Made by a program: the position numbers and the translations under genes. Below are positions 52,098 through 64,000 of a stretch of 64,000 nt of DNA, one piece after another. This stretch comes from Eledone cirrhosa (Eukaryota): positions 196,354,001-196,418,000 of the forward strand of contig OZ024741.1 in the NCBI GenBank assembly GCA_964016885.1, written 5' to 3'. Below the pieces are notes generated by a model. It saw only the letters and a list, made by a program, of their open reading frames with translations. It did not search any database and was not told the DNA's origin. Positions within the stretch are counted from its first letter, which is position 1; every line of letters starts with the position of its first letter.

Positions 52098-52976
52098 TGC
52101 ATGTGTGTGTCTGCATGCAAGTATGTGTGTGTATGTGTTTCATAATGTATCTATCAATGGATAAAAAGGGAAAACTACATTTTTGACATGCAAATGATAA
52201 GGGCTCACATGGGCATATTTCATCTTGCAGTTTATTTCATTTAATACAATGTTTATTCTTTACAAAATGATGACATTCCCACCCCACCAAAGTTAATTAA
52301 GCAATCCTATTGATTTGCTGTTGTTGTTTCAGGTCGTTTGCCTGATCAGGGTTCAGTTTCTAGGGCCCACTATGAGGTCAACAAACTTGGTCTCAAGTGT
52401 CAGCCTATTCAATGTAGCCATGCACCACTACGACTATCAGAAGCTTGCTAGTGTTGCTCGCCAGAGCAGATGGCAGAACACATACTGAGTGAATGCTCGG
52501 ATCTCCACCGACCTGAGTGTGGACCTCATGCACTCTAATCTCACTACCATGAGCTGATTGCAGTGTCTGGAGGATATCACAAGATTGCTTCTTCATACAA
52601 AAGAAGAAGAATTAAGTAATAATGGTATGTGAATTAGTAAAATTATGAAATAGTACTAAACAGAGCATGATTGAAATACTCTTCAGTGAGATTAAAACTT
52701 GTACCCATTTTTGTATAAAACAGTTTAATTTATCAAATCTTGGATACACCATAGCCTCTCTTCTACAAGTTCACAATTTAATGAATTGATTGCAACTAAA
52801 AGGCAAAATTTCTTTTGTGTTTGGAGAATGATACAAACTTGCAACAACATTTGATTTTGTGGTTTATTTACTTTAATACAGAAGTACAATGCTTATATTT
52901 GCCAAAACCAGAAAGCTATGTGAATACATGTACAACACTTGCTAGCAGGGAAAACTGGTTTTAAATGATGATGATC

Positions 52977-53008
<32 letters not shown>

Positions 53009-54254
53009 TGCAGATGTATATGTTTGAGTGTCTGTGTGTTTGCTTGAGTGGTATGTGTGTGTGTTCGTGCATGCATGTGTATGTGTGTACATGGGTGTTA
53101 AAGAAACTGAGGTGGGTGAATTAAGACCACTCAGAATGGTGGTCCACGCTGAAATATCAATTCTTGCTCACTTTGGAAGTAAAATGTCAGCAGTCCAGTG
53201 TGTGGCAGATGACTGGAATATTGTTTCCTAGTTAGATATCCATCTGCGAATCAATCTGTCAGACATCGGACTGTTTGTCCTATTCAAATTAATCCACAGA
53301 ATGAACACCAAAGGACATAGATGACATTAGTAGAGGTACAAGTGAATGAGTGATGAATGTGGAAGGAATGATTGTTCAAGCAGATGGGGTAGTGGTACTG
53401 GTAAGGATTGGGAACAGGAGGGATTCAGGTGAGAAACTAGGTGAGTGAAGTGAAGAGCTATAAATGAGAAGGTCACAGAGATTCCAAGTATGCTTAAAGG
53501 TAAGGACTAGTGGGTTATAGAAGAAGCAAAATATAACAGGATCAGAAAGGAGGAGTCAGAAGCACTATAGGATACACTCTTGGGAAGGTAAAATAGAAGA
53601 GGGGACTTAAAGGGAGTTGGTTGGAGTACAGTTGTGAGGTAATATGGCTGTGGTTCATTTAACTTCACGGGCAAAGGTAAGGACAGCTTGGATAAAAAAC
53701 GAAGAGCACCAGCATCTAGTAGAGCATGAAACCATATGTTGAGAGAGGAAGAGAAACACAGATTGTTGAATATAATTTTTAATATAGAAAATTACAAATG
53801 AAGAGCAACTGCTTATAGTATTTTCTTTTTGACAAATGTTTTACACATTGAAAATGTGTATTTTATTTCTCAATTTCCATTTTTTCCTCTTTCTCAAATC
53901 ACAACTTTCCCTAACATATTTTCTGGTGACACGATAAAATGCACCCAGTACACCCTGTAAAGTGTTAGTGTTGGTACTATGATAAAATGAACCCTGTCTA
54001 CTCTGTAAAGTGGTAGAACTGGTGACACGAAAAACACACCCAGGTCACCTTGTAAGGTGGTTGGTGTAGAAACCATACCAAAAATGGAACATAACAAGCA
54101 AGATTAATCACTTCAACCCATCTGGGCTCGGACCATTACAATCTATCCAACCCACGCTGGCCAGGAAAGTGGACATAAAATGTTGGTTGAATTATGATGC
54201 TATCTATTTTTGTTTAATTATATATATTATTCATACATTTGTATTAATAGTTTG

Positions 54255-57072
54255 TGTTTGTGCCAGGTAAAAGTACCACGAACGCTCTTTTCCTTGTACG
54301 ACAACTACAGGAGAAGTACCTAGCTAAAAGTAAACCCCTCTACTTAGCTTTTGTTGACTTGGAGAAAGCCTTTGACAGAATCCCCCGCTCCATTATCTGG
54401 TGGGCCCTTAGAAAACTAGGAGTAGATGAATGGTTTGTGAGAGCTATACAAGCCATGTATAAAGAAACAGTCAGCAAGGTTAGAATTAACAATGAATATA
54501 GTGAAGAATTTAGCGTAAAAGTGGGTGTTCATCTTAGCCCCCTCCTGTTTATTATTGCCCTTCAGACTATAACAGAGGAGTTTAAGACCGGCTGCCCATG
54601 GGAACTTCTATATGCAGATGATCTAACTCTCATAGCTGAATCTACAGCTAAACTAGAGAATAAATTCCAAACATGAAAGCATGGCCTAGAATCAAAAGGC
54701 CTTAAAGTTCTAGTATGTAGAAAGGATAATAGGACACAGGTGCCCTCTAGGAAATGGCCATGCTTAGTGTGTAGGAAAGGAGTAGGTAGAAATTCAGTTC
54801 TATGCCCCAAATGCAAACTATGGGTACATAAAAGATGTAGTGGGATCACAGGCAAGCTATCTGAGAATGTAAATTTTATATGTGGCCGATGTTCAGGTGC
54901 AGTAAGTAGCAAGTACCCACAGGATACTGGCTCCTTTTACTGCCTAGATGGGTCTATAGAAATAGTGGACACTTTCCGTTACCTGGGTGACAAAATCAGC
55001 AGTGGTGGAGAGTGCTCTGAAAGTAAAGTAGCCAGAGTCAGAACGGGATGGAAAATGTTCAGAGAGCTAATACCGCTGTTGGCCACAAAAGGTTTCTCTC
55101 TAAAAATGAAAGGCAGATTGTATGATGCTTGTATATGAACAGCAATGTTACATGGCAGTGAGACATGGACATTGTGTGCAGAGAACCTGCGCAGATTGGA
55201 AAGAAGCATGCATGCTCCGTTGGATGTGTAATAGTAATATACACGAACTAAGTGAGAAATTAGGAATAAGAGGGATCAGATGCTGTTTACTTGAGAGAAG
55301 ATTACGTTGGTATGGCCATGTGATATGCATGAAAGACGACAGCTGTATAAAAAAAGGGTGATCAAAAGCTGTATAAAGTGCAGGGTGATCAAAATTGATG
55401 GAAGTTACGGAGTAGGTAGACCCAGAAAAACCTGGGACGATATGATAAAATCCAACCTTGCAGACTTACACCCCTCTGACAATGTCACTGGATCGAGATC
55501 TTTGACGCCTCACAGTAATACAGAAGACCTGCCTTCGCTATGTACAAAATTAACCTACAGTCAGTAGGCCCCTCCTAACTAAATATACACTCGAACCCAC
55601 TAACCCTACTCCATCCTCCCACCAACACCACCCTTTCTCTGTAAAGTTATGTTGGTACCACAACATCCAGTCCAACCTAAAGAGGTTGTGTAGGTGTCAC
55701 AACAAAAAAAAACACCCTGTCCATGCTGTAAAGTGGTCGTGTAGCAGACACGGTAAAAAGCTCCCAGTCCACACTGTAAATGTGGTTGGTGTTAGGAAGG
55801 GCAGCCATACGTAGAAAACCTGCCAGATACAGTCCTAAATGAGCGAGACATGGTCACCCGATCAATCTTGCCTCGAGTGGGACAATTCTTGTCTAACCCA
55901 TGCTCGGCGACTGGGTTGATGCCCTACCCGTGGCCAACGTTGGTGGCCTACTCAGCCTGGACGAACTTCGTGTCTCCATCGCCCTCAGAGTGGGAGCCGA
56001 CGTCTGCATGGGTTTGAGGTGCCGATGCGGCAAACTCCTTGACTCCACGATCTTTCTTGCCGCCTGAATGCCGGCCGCTTTGCACGTCACACGGAGCTAA
56101 ACCTCATTCTGAAGAGAGCTTTGGCCCGGGCGAATATCCCCTCAGTCTTGGAACCATCTGGGTTGTTCAGAAGTGACGTCAAAAGACCTGACGGTCTTAC
56201 CCTGTGCCCTTGGTCGAGAGGCAGGTGCTTTGTCTGGGACGTCACTGTTAGTGACTCCTTTGCTCTTTCCCACATCCTGGATGCTGCAGTTAGGACGAGC
56301 ACCACAGCTTCTGCAGCCGAGTGGAGTAAGAGCCTCAAATACTCTGATCTGTCGGCCAGCTACATTTTTCAGCCTGTGGTTTTCGAGACGTTTGGGGGAG
56401 TCGGGCCGCTGACTGCGAGGTTCCTCTCTTCACTGGCGGCTCGCCTAATAGAGATGACTGGCAAATCTCGCGAGGGCGCTTGGCTGTTTCAGCGCATCAG
56501 CCTCGCCATCACCCGAGGCAACGCTGTGAGTGTGCTGGCTTGCCTCAAAAATCATTAGAGAGGTTGCCCAGTACTTGCGACGTTGCTGTCTTTTGCTCTG
56601 GTGTTGGCTCCGTTGTTCACCCCTTTTTTTATATTTTCTTTAATATTGTAGCATTGAAGGAATATATCTTTCATTATATCATCCTCTGTAGTGTTACCAA
56701 GGCATTTGTAATGTTATTTATGTATATATTTAAAACATATTTGTTATGTTATTCTACTGTAAATTTATTTATATGCTCTGTTTATATTTTCATTCTGAAG
56801 GAACTTATCCACTTGTGTTGCTATAAGTGATTTTATGACTTTCCTGTAAGCATCGTGTCATTATATATGTTATTATAAACGTGAATAAATTATATTATTA
56901 ATAAAACCCATAAATTATATTATTAATAAAACCCTTACGGGGTCGATAAAATAAAGTACCAGTAATGCACTGGGTAATTTGCTGGCCTTGTGCCTAAAAT
57001 AGAAACAATTATTAATAAAACCCATGCTAGTGTGGAAGATGGACGTTAAACGATGATGATGATGATCATCAT
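54255..57072 (+). mobile_element. 5'-truncated RTE LINE with its 3' terminus split by a CRE-like insertion
   Basis: RT FVDLEKAFDRI...LLYADDL; C-terminus; 3' UTR to 55904, resuming at 57019 with the (gat)n tail. Confidence 0.9.
55905..56934 (+). mobile_element. 5'-truncated CRE-like LINE (REL endonuclease)
   Basis: IPSVLEPSGLFRSDVKRPDGLTLCPW..WDVT..E..K..KY..FQPVVFETFG..LFQRISLAITRGNA; TSD aacccatgct at 55895-55904 and 57019-57028. Confidence 0.85.
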
Positions 57073-57328
57073 GATATATCAAATTAATAACATTTATTTT
57101 CAACTTATGTTTTGTGAATTATAATACATTAAGCTTGGAGAGATACTGCGCTGAATAAGACCCGTCCCACGCTTGGAAGCAGGGAAGAGTGGACATGAAA
57201 TGATGATGATGATGATGATGATAAGCTTATCCATATCTTGATATGGATGACTTAAGTGGACACTTCCATTTATAATCCAATTCTTTATATTACATTTATG
57301 TTTATATTTTTTTATTTGAATTAATGAC

Positions 57329-57690
57329 TCTTCTTCTTCTTTGCCCACTTATTCCTGAGTGGGTCATAGGGACAGAGTCCTCAAACACTCCATCCAGTAG
57401 GTCCTGTCAGAAGCAACCGTTTCCAAGCGAGACCAGCCAAGCTCATCGATGTTATCCAGCGATTTTTTCCTGAGACATTCTAACCACATGTTCATTGTAC
57501 CAGAGCTGTGATCTCTCAATTCAGAGAAGTAGTGGCTCTACCTGGAACAACTCTCTGATTTCTGAGCTACGCACTGTATCCATCGACGAAGGAACCCCAT
57601 TTCGGCCACTTGTATTCGCAATAGTAATTTTTTGGTCATTACCCAAGATTCATGATCTTAGGTCACATGGAACTATATATCGTATTTGAT
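57329..57690 (-). mobile_element. RTE-type LINE 3' fragment with (GAA)n tail
   Basis: tcttcttcttct tail followed by decayed C-terminal coding sequence. Confidence 0.5.
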
Positions 57691-58393
57691 TAAGGGTTAG
57701 CAAGAATACCAAATTGAAGCAAGTTTGGTTTTTATACCTACCTCCCTTCTTCTGATTACTTCAAAATTATTGTTCATTTTATTATAAGCACCGTGAAATA
57801 TGAAAATATAAAAGAATTTATCCACTGATTTTAACATTCATTACCTGATGTTAGCCACAGTGGGAAAAATATTTTCCAAAAATTATTTTCATATGATGGT
57901 TATTCTAAAATTTCAAGTTTCATATAATTCTCTCCCTTGTTTGTAACTCTCCTACTATGTGTTATAAAAGTTTAAAGTTGGGGAAACTTTCACAAAACTA
58001 AGTCGATATGATTTCTTTTCTTGCAAAGTATAAACGAATACGCGATGCGTATTGTTGTTCGTTTGATTACCTTTGAAAGCACAATGGAAAATTAATTATT
58101 GTTAAACATGTAGATCGACCTATATCTATAATTAAAAAAAAATTATATTAGCATTTATTTTCTACAATACAGTAATGTCCTAGTTTATGTTCGTAAAATA
58201 CAAAGGCTCATGACTGAAATGATAAGTGTCTGCTGAAAGTTTCTAAACTACAACATTACCCAAGTATTTCTCTTTTTGTATATACAAACATTAACTATCT
58301 CCTTTCGCAAGTTTTCTTTTAATATTTGATATTGCTGGCATTTATTTAATGGATACATGACGCAATTTAAGATTTTAGATCTCAAATGTTTCG

Positions 58394-58650
58394 ATGTGTT
58401 ATAAACAACTATCCCATGCAAAAACAAATATGATCAAAGCCACTATTTTTGTATTGCTTGTGGCAATTATTTTTTATTATTCTTTGCGGAAAGTGATACA
58501 CGAAAACTTCCTTCAGGAAGAGAAATCCCCTGAAAATATTTACACACACGAAAAAAAAGTTTTACAAGAAACCAAACCAATTTTTGAAAAATCAACTATT
58601 GAAACTGTGTTTGATTCACAACCTGTTTTGGAAGGAGTGAAGAAAAACAA
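58394..58650 (+). CDS. Probable first coding exon of a type II membrane protein (signal anchor + stem; glycosyl-/sulfotransferase-like architecture)
   Basis: Short basic N-tail, hydrophobic ATIFVLLVAIIFYYSL, charged stem, ends at aa|gtgagc donor; non-repetitive context. Confidence 0.5.
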
Positions 58651-58814
58651 GTGAGCAATTAATATTTTCATATTTTAAATCATTTAATGGAAAATTAAGG
58701 TATTATTAATACACAACCCGTAGTTTTACGGTCGGAATAAGTAATATTTGGTTTCATTTCCAAACTAACAAATCTTTTTCTTTTATTATATATAATCTCA
58801 TCGCAATGCGTGCA

Positions 58815-59070
58815 CGCGCGCAGGTGTTGCGATGTGGTTAAGCAGTTCGCTGTTCAACCATGACTCGCTTCTTGGACAAGTGCCTTCTAATAGCCTCGAG
58901 CTGACCATTACCCTGCGAATGGAATTTGGTAGACGAAGCTGTATATACTGTATATATGTGTGTGAGTGTATGTTCCGAAACTTACTGGTTCTATAAAATC
59001 GCTATTATCGACTAACCGAGGTGGTGCCCCAGCATGGCCGCAATCTAATGCCTGAAACCAGTAAAAGAAT
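58815..59070 (+). mobile_element. Degenerate tRNA-derived SINE
   Basis: gcaggtgttgcgatgtggttaag head and ttggacaagtgccttcta core; related copy at ~14740-14900. Confidence 0.5.
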
Positions 59071-59388
59071 ATATATATACACTCACACATGTATGTGTTT
59101 GTGTGTCTGTTTACGCTTACACAGCACGCTTAACATCCTGTTTGTTTATATTCTGTAACAGGTTTCATCGACTGACATCAATCTTAGTTATGGAAGGATA
59201 TGAAAGATATAATCGAAAATGTAAATATGTATTTGTATAGATATACTTTTTTATTATCACAAAAAAATATCATCATTATTACTTTTCCATGAATACAATG
59301 TTTACAGAATGAAAATATAGACGCAAATAATATATCTATATATACAATACTTAATGAATAATTCTTACAAGATAGAAATATAAACACA

Positions 59389-59580
59389 TAATGTTTCTAC
59401 TTTTGGCACAAGGCCAGCAATTACCCGTGTGCATTACTGGTGCTTAATTTTATCGACCCCGTAAGGATGAAAGGCAAAGTTAACATTGGCGATTTTTTAA
59501 CTCAGAACGTAAATGGCCACAACTCTATGCTGCAAAGCATGGTGTCTGACGCCCTGTCGATACTGACAAACCACTGCCCT
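59389..59580 (-). mobile_element. Meta-domain SINE
   Basis: Reverse complement of the 25394 family. Confidence 0.8.
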
Positions 59581-60208
59581 TATAATCACATACAATAAAT
59601 ACAATTAATTCTGGATAATCCAGCCGACACCAGAACTGAAGACTCTGCTATATATTATGGCTTACTTCTGTTTTATAGAATATACTCCCATTGTGATTAC
59701 AATGAGTATCTCTGAAATAGCACACGACAATGTGTGCTAAAATATGTGAAGACTGGCCAAAGAAGTGACCAAAAAGTCAGTGTTTATATTTTGAAATTCA
59801 ATCTTTACATTCATACATATTGAAAGTATGGAAGTATTTTCTTTTTAAATTTATTCTTCACACTTCGATACTTAAAATATTTAACTTCGCAGGATTATCA
59901 TTGATAACCTTCCGTACTTAATTTTGATGACAATCAGTCAGTGGGACAAGAGTTATCCTATTGTGTTAGAATTAGACTTAAAATAACTACCGGGGTTGAT
60001 ATAACTGACTAAACCCTTCAAGTTTGTGCTCCAGCATGACCGCAGTCCACGATTGTGTTAAGTAAAAGAATACAAGAGAACATACATACATTCACTCACA
60101 CACATCCTTGGGATTTTACTAATTACTATATCAACTCTGTAACTAAACAATCATCGAGTACTACTCTGCTCTGTGGTCTTCTAATATATTGATTAGATCT
60201 TTATATAT

Positions 60209-61589
60209 ACTAGCAGAAAAACCACTCTCGGGTGGTTTTTCTGCTAGCATGTGTAGTGTGTATATTGATATTATACACAAATGTATATGCATGCAAATAA
60301 AATCGTAATTGACAATATACACAGAAATTGAACGAAGACTGTGTTACACTGTCTTCTGTAATCAGTAACGTAATCCATGATACATTTAAAAAAAGACGAT
60401 ATTATATATAAACTGCATTAGGAGAAAATTAATGACGGTAATATATGCGATTATAAGTGTTATAATATAACGGTCGCTAACCGGAAGTGTTGACATTTGA
60501 CAATTTTAAAGAAGTGAATCTTTAAATAAGCTATAAAATATATTTAATCAACATCCACGAAATTTAGTAGAAAAATTATGTAATATTCATTCATTATTTA
60601 TTCAAAGTTAAGGTTAACTTTGCTTTTCATCCTTACGGGGTCGATAAAATAAAGTACCAGTAATGCACTGGGTAATTGCTGGCCTTGTGCCTAACGTAGA
60701 AACAATTATTTATTCAAAGTAATCCAACTTATTTTACAAATGGGGTAAAAAATATATTCTGGATGCAGTCCTGCACTCCTTTCTTTATTATAGTTAAGAT
60801 ATAAAAATATTAATTGAAAAGTTTGAAGCGATGAGTGTATATGAATTTTCATAAAATTGTAGTATTCTCAGCACGAAGGGTAGCTGTAAACAGCAATTAT
60901 CCCAGTGTATTACTGGTACTTTATGTTATCGACCCCTTAAGGATGAAAGGCAAAGTTAACATCGGCGGGTTTTGAACTCAGTCCGTAAAGGGACGTAACT
61001 GTGCTGCAACGCATGGCGTCCGACCCTCTACTGATACTGCCAATCCACCGTCCTTATAAATAATTGTTTCTACTTTTGGCACAAGGCCAGCAATTATTCC
61101 AGCATTACTGGTACTTTATTTTATCGACCCCGTAAGGATGAAAGGCAAAGTTAACCTCGGCGGGATTTGAACTCAGATCATAAAGGGAGGTAACTCTATG
61201 CTTCAAAGCATGGCGTCTGACCCTTACCGATACTGCCAATCAAATAATGAATGAATATTATATAATTTATCTACTAAATTTCGTTATTCTTGATTAAATA
61301 TAAATAATTTTGTCGCTTATTTTAAGATTCACTTCTTTAAAATTTTCTAATGTCAACACTTCCGGTTAGCGATTGCTTAAATAAACAGTCATATATTTCC
61401 GTCAGTGGATTACGTTACTGATTACATAAGACAGTGTAACGCAGTCTTCGTTCAATTTCTGTGTATACTGTCAATTACGATTTTATTTGATGTATCATAT
61501 CTACATGTATATATAGTTGCGTTTCATATCAATATGTACACTACACATGCTAGCAGAAAACCACTGTTCAGGTGGTTTTTCTGCTAGTC
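60209..61589. mobile_element. Inverted pair of HINE-like elements (arms ~60209-60600 and ~61242-61589) with three Meta-SINE copies between them
   Basis: Both outer ends carry the ctagcagaaaacc..ggttttctgctag hairpin; arms align in inverted orientation with moderate divergence; SINEs at 60605-60710 (+), 60891-61053 (-), 61060-61241 (-). Confidence 0.7.
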
Positions 61590-63171
61590 TAAACTATAAT
61601 AATAAAAATAATAGAGAAAGTAAACTAACAAGAAAAATAGAACTTTAGTGTCAAATGAATCATCAACTTCCTTCTAGACCAACATGGTTTCTCACTGGAG
61701 AGGAAGGACTGTATGTAAGTCTAGCTCATGCAACATAACCTAAATTTCTGTTGTTCTGACACTGGAATAGGGGAACAAGAGATCAGTGGGACACAATTAT
61801 ACCCAGCTGTGGTCAACCTGAAAAGAGGTTGTCTGTTGTTCTGATGGGAACAGCAGCAGTAGGTGGCAAGAGAGTGGAAGTATCAGCAGTAGCAGTGGTA
61901 CTAACAAGGGAGAGGTGATAGCAGGAAAATGCATATACATACATCACTTCAAACCATTTCAATTCCCTCCCACTCACTCTTCAATATGTGCTTATATCTT
62001 AACCCAACTTTTTACTATACATATAGTATTCAGCTGTTAACAGCTACCCTTCACGCTGAGAATACTACAATTTTATGAATATATATATATAGAATGAGGA
62101 AAAGGCAAAGTTGTAGATGTGTCCTTTATTAATAAAGCTGTGATATATATTTCAATGACAATCATGGTCACTTGATTATGTAGCCATTCTCGTGATCTCA
62201 TCAGACAGCAACATTGAATAAAAGGTTACATTTCCGAGACATTCCAAGATGCAAGGGAACAGACAAAAAATTATGTTTTTGTTAGGGTTGCCCATTCCCT
62301 TGTGAGCTTCTGAACATCCCCACAGAATTCTGTGTTTGGGTGTGTGTGTCACTACCGCCTGTTTATGGTGGGACAATAGACTGACCATTAACTGCAAAGT
62401 GAGAATATAACTTAATGTTATGGTTAATATAATTTCACATTGGAAAATAAAATTAAGGATTAAAAATTAAAAGTTAGAAATTAAAAAAAAAACTTAAGAC
62501 TTCCTAATCATCAGTTGAATATAATACCAAACAGTTTGATGTGTATATTAATGATAGAAATTGGGTTCAAAATTGGATATTAAATGTTGATAGCTAGTGA
62601 TTAATAATTGACTGTTATATGAAATATCTATGGGAGAGATAGCCTATTAATTTACTCTGAAGCCAGACTACAAAAAACTGGCATCATAACGAAAAATGTC
62701 AGGTGAATTTATATATATATATAGAATGTAATGATTAAACAATAACATAGTTGATATCCCAGTCAATCCAGTAAAGACAAATAAGAATATTTATAGAAGG
62801 AAAATGTCAGAAAAGGTATAAAGAAGAAAAGAAAAAAAGGAAAAATATGGGGAAAATGTCAGTGGGCATAAGAAAGAGGTGACAGATTATAAAGTGCATT
62901 TATTTTTTTCTTTATAATTACTTTTTCCTTTTTTCTTTTACATTTGTATGTCTGTATAATGTAATAACACACACATATTTATATATGGAGAGGGAGGAAG
63001 AGGTAGACAGGCAGACATATGACCCTGTTGGCAGTGAAAGCCAACTTCTAACATGAATGAAAACAAAATTCTAGGACAATTTCTTTAGATTTTTTTATTT
63101 TTTTACTCCCATTATAATATAGAATATAATATATAACTATAGGAATGCAGTATTTAATTATTTCTCTTTAT

Positions 63172-63558
63172 ATTCTGAAGACAGAAGACCCGCCTTCCCT
63201 ATGTACAAAGTTAAACCTACAGTCAGTAGGCACCTCTTAATCAAATATACACTCCAACCCATTAATCCTACTCCATCGTCCCACTCCCACCAACACCACC
63301 CTTTCTCTGTAAAGTTATGTTGGTACCACAGAACATCCAGTCCACACTAAAGTAGTCGTGTAGGAGACACAGTAAAAAGGCTCCCAGTCCACACTGTAAA
63401 TATGGTTTGTGTTAGGAAGGGCATCCAGCTGTAGAAAACCTGCCAGATACAGTCCTATATGAGCGAGACAATCTTGCCTCAAGTGGGACAATTCCCATCT
63501 GACCTATGCTAGCGTGGAAGATAGACATTAAATGATGATGATGTTGATGATGTTGATG
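63172..63558 (+). mobile_element. RTE 3' end/UTR fragment
   Basis: Matches 55515-55900 and ends in (gat)n. Confidence 0.8.
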
Positions 63559-64000
63559 GTTCTGAGTTCCACTGAAGTCAATTTTGTTTTCCATCCTTCT
63601 GGAGGTCAGTAAAATTAATACCAGTTAAATATTGAAGCCAATATGATCAACTATATTTCCTTCCTAATCTGTCCCTTGTGCCTGTTACTAGAAATCAATA
63701 TATGACAGGTGGATGTTCTTTATTTTATAAAGAAACCATGCTTCAGTGAAATTTTGCTATTGTATGCAGCTATTGTATATTTTCATATTACATTTAATAT
63801 TTGTCCTTTCCAACTCAAATTTACCACAACCTCATTCTCAGCTATAAAGGGGCAAACAAATAGCAAACTACCCCTCTTAGTTCTCACCATACCATAAATG
63901 ATGGTCATCAAGTGACTGCTAGCTGTGACTAGCCATTTTTGGCCAATCAGAAACCTGTCATGGTTCTATTCCCTTACTCTCACGCATTCACTTCACATGT

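Overview
AT-rich, repeat-dense animal genomic DNA. The SINE/LINE repertoire looks cephalopod (octopus-like); this is inference. Host genes are sparse: two short minus-strand coding exons that splice into the N-terminus of an otubain (OTUB1-like) deubiquitinase (start codon 21874, 14-kb intron 1), and one probable plus-strand first coding exon of a type II membrane protein (58394-58650). The rest is mostly nested transposons: many RTE LINEs with (GAT)n tails, two tandem Tx1/L1-clade LINEs with internal ORF2 deletions, two CRE-like REL-endonuclease LINE fragments, two Penelope-like element (PLE) relics, a decayed Helitron, Helentron/HINE-like non-autonomous elements, piggyBac- and pogo-like MITEs, and several tRNA-derived SINE families. 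Two observations stand out. (1) A 3'-terminal CUUGU-loop hairpin with different but still paired stems lies exactly 16 nt before the (ATT)n tail in both Tx1 LINEs and in the Meta-domain SINE, suggesting a Tx1-SINE partnership. (2) Four small fold-back (palindromic) insertions sit in (TA)n tracts; one carries a complete minimal hammerhead ribozyme in both arms. Element boundaries were read by eye and are approximate; no database searches were run.
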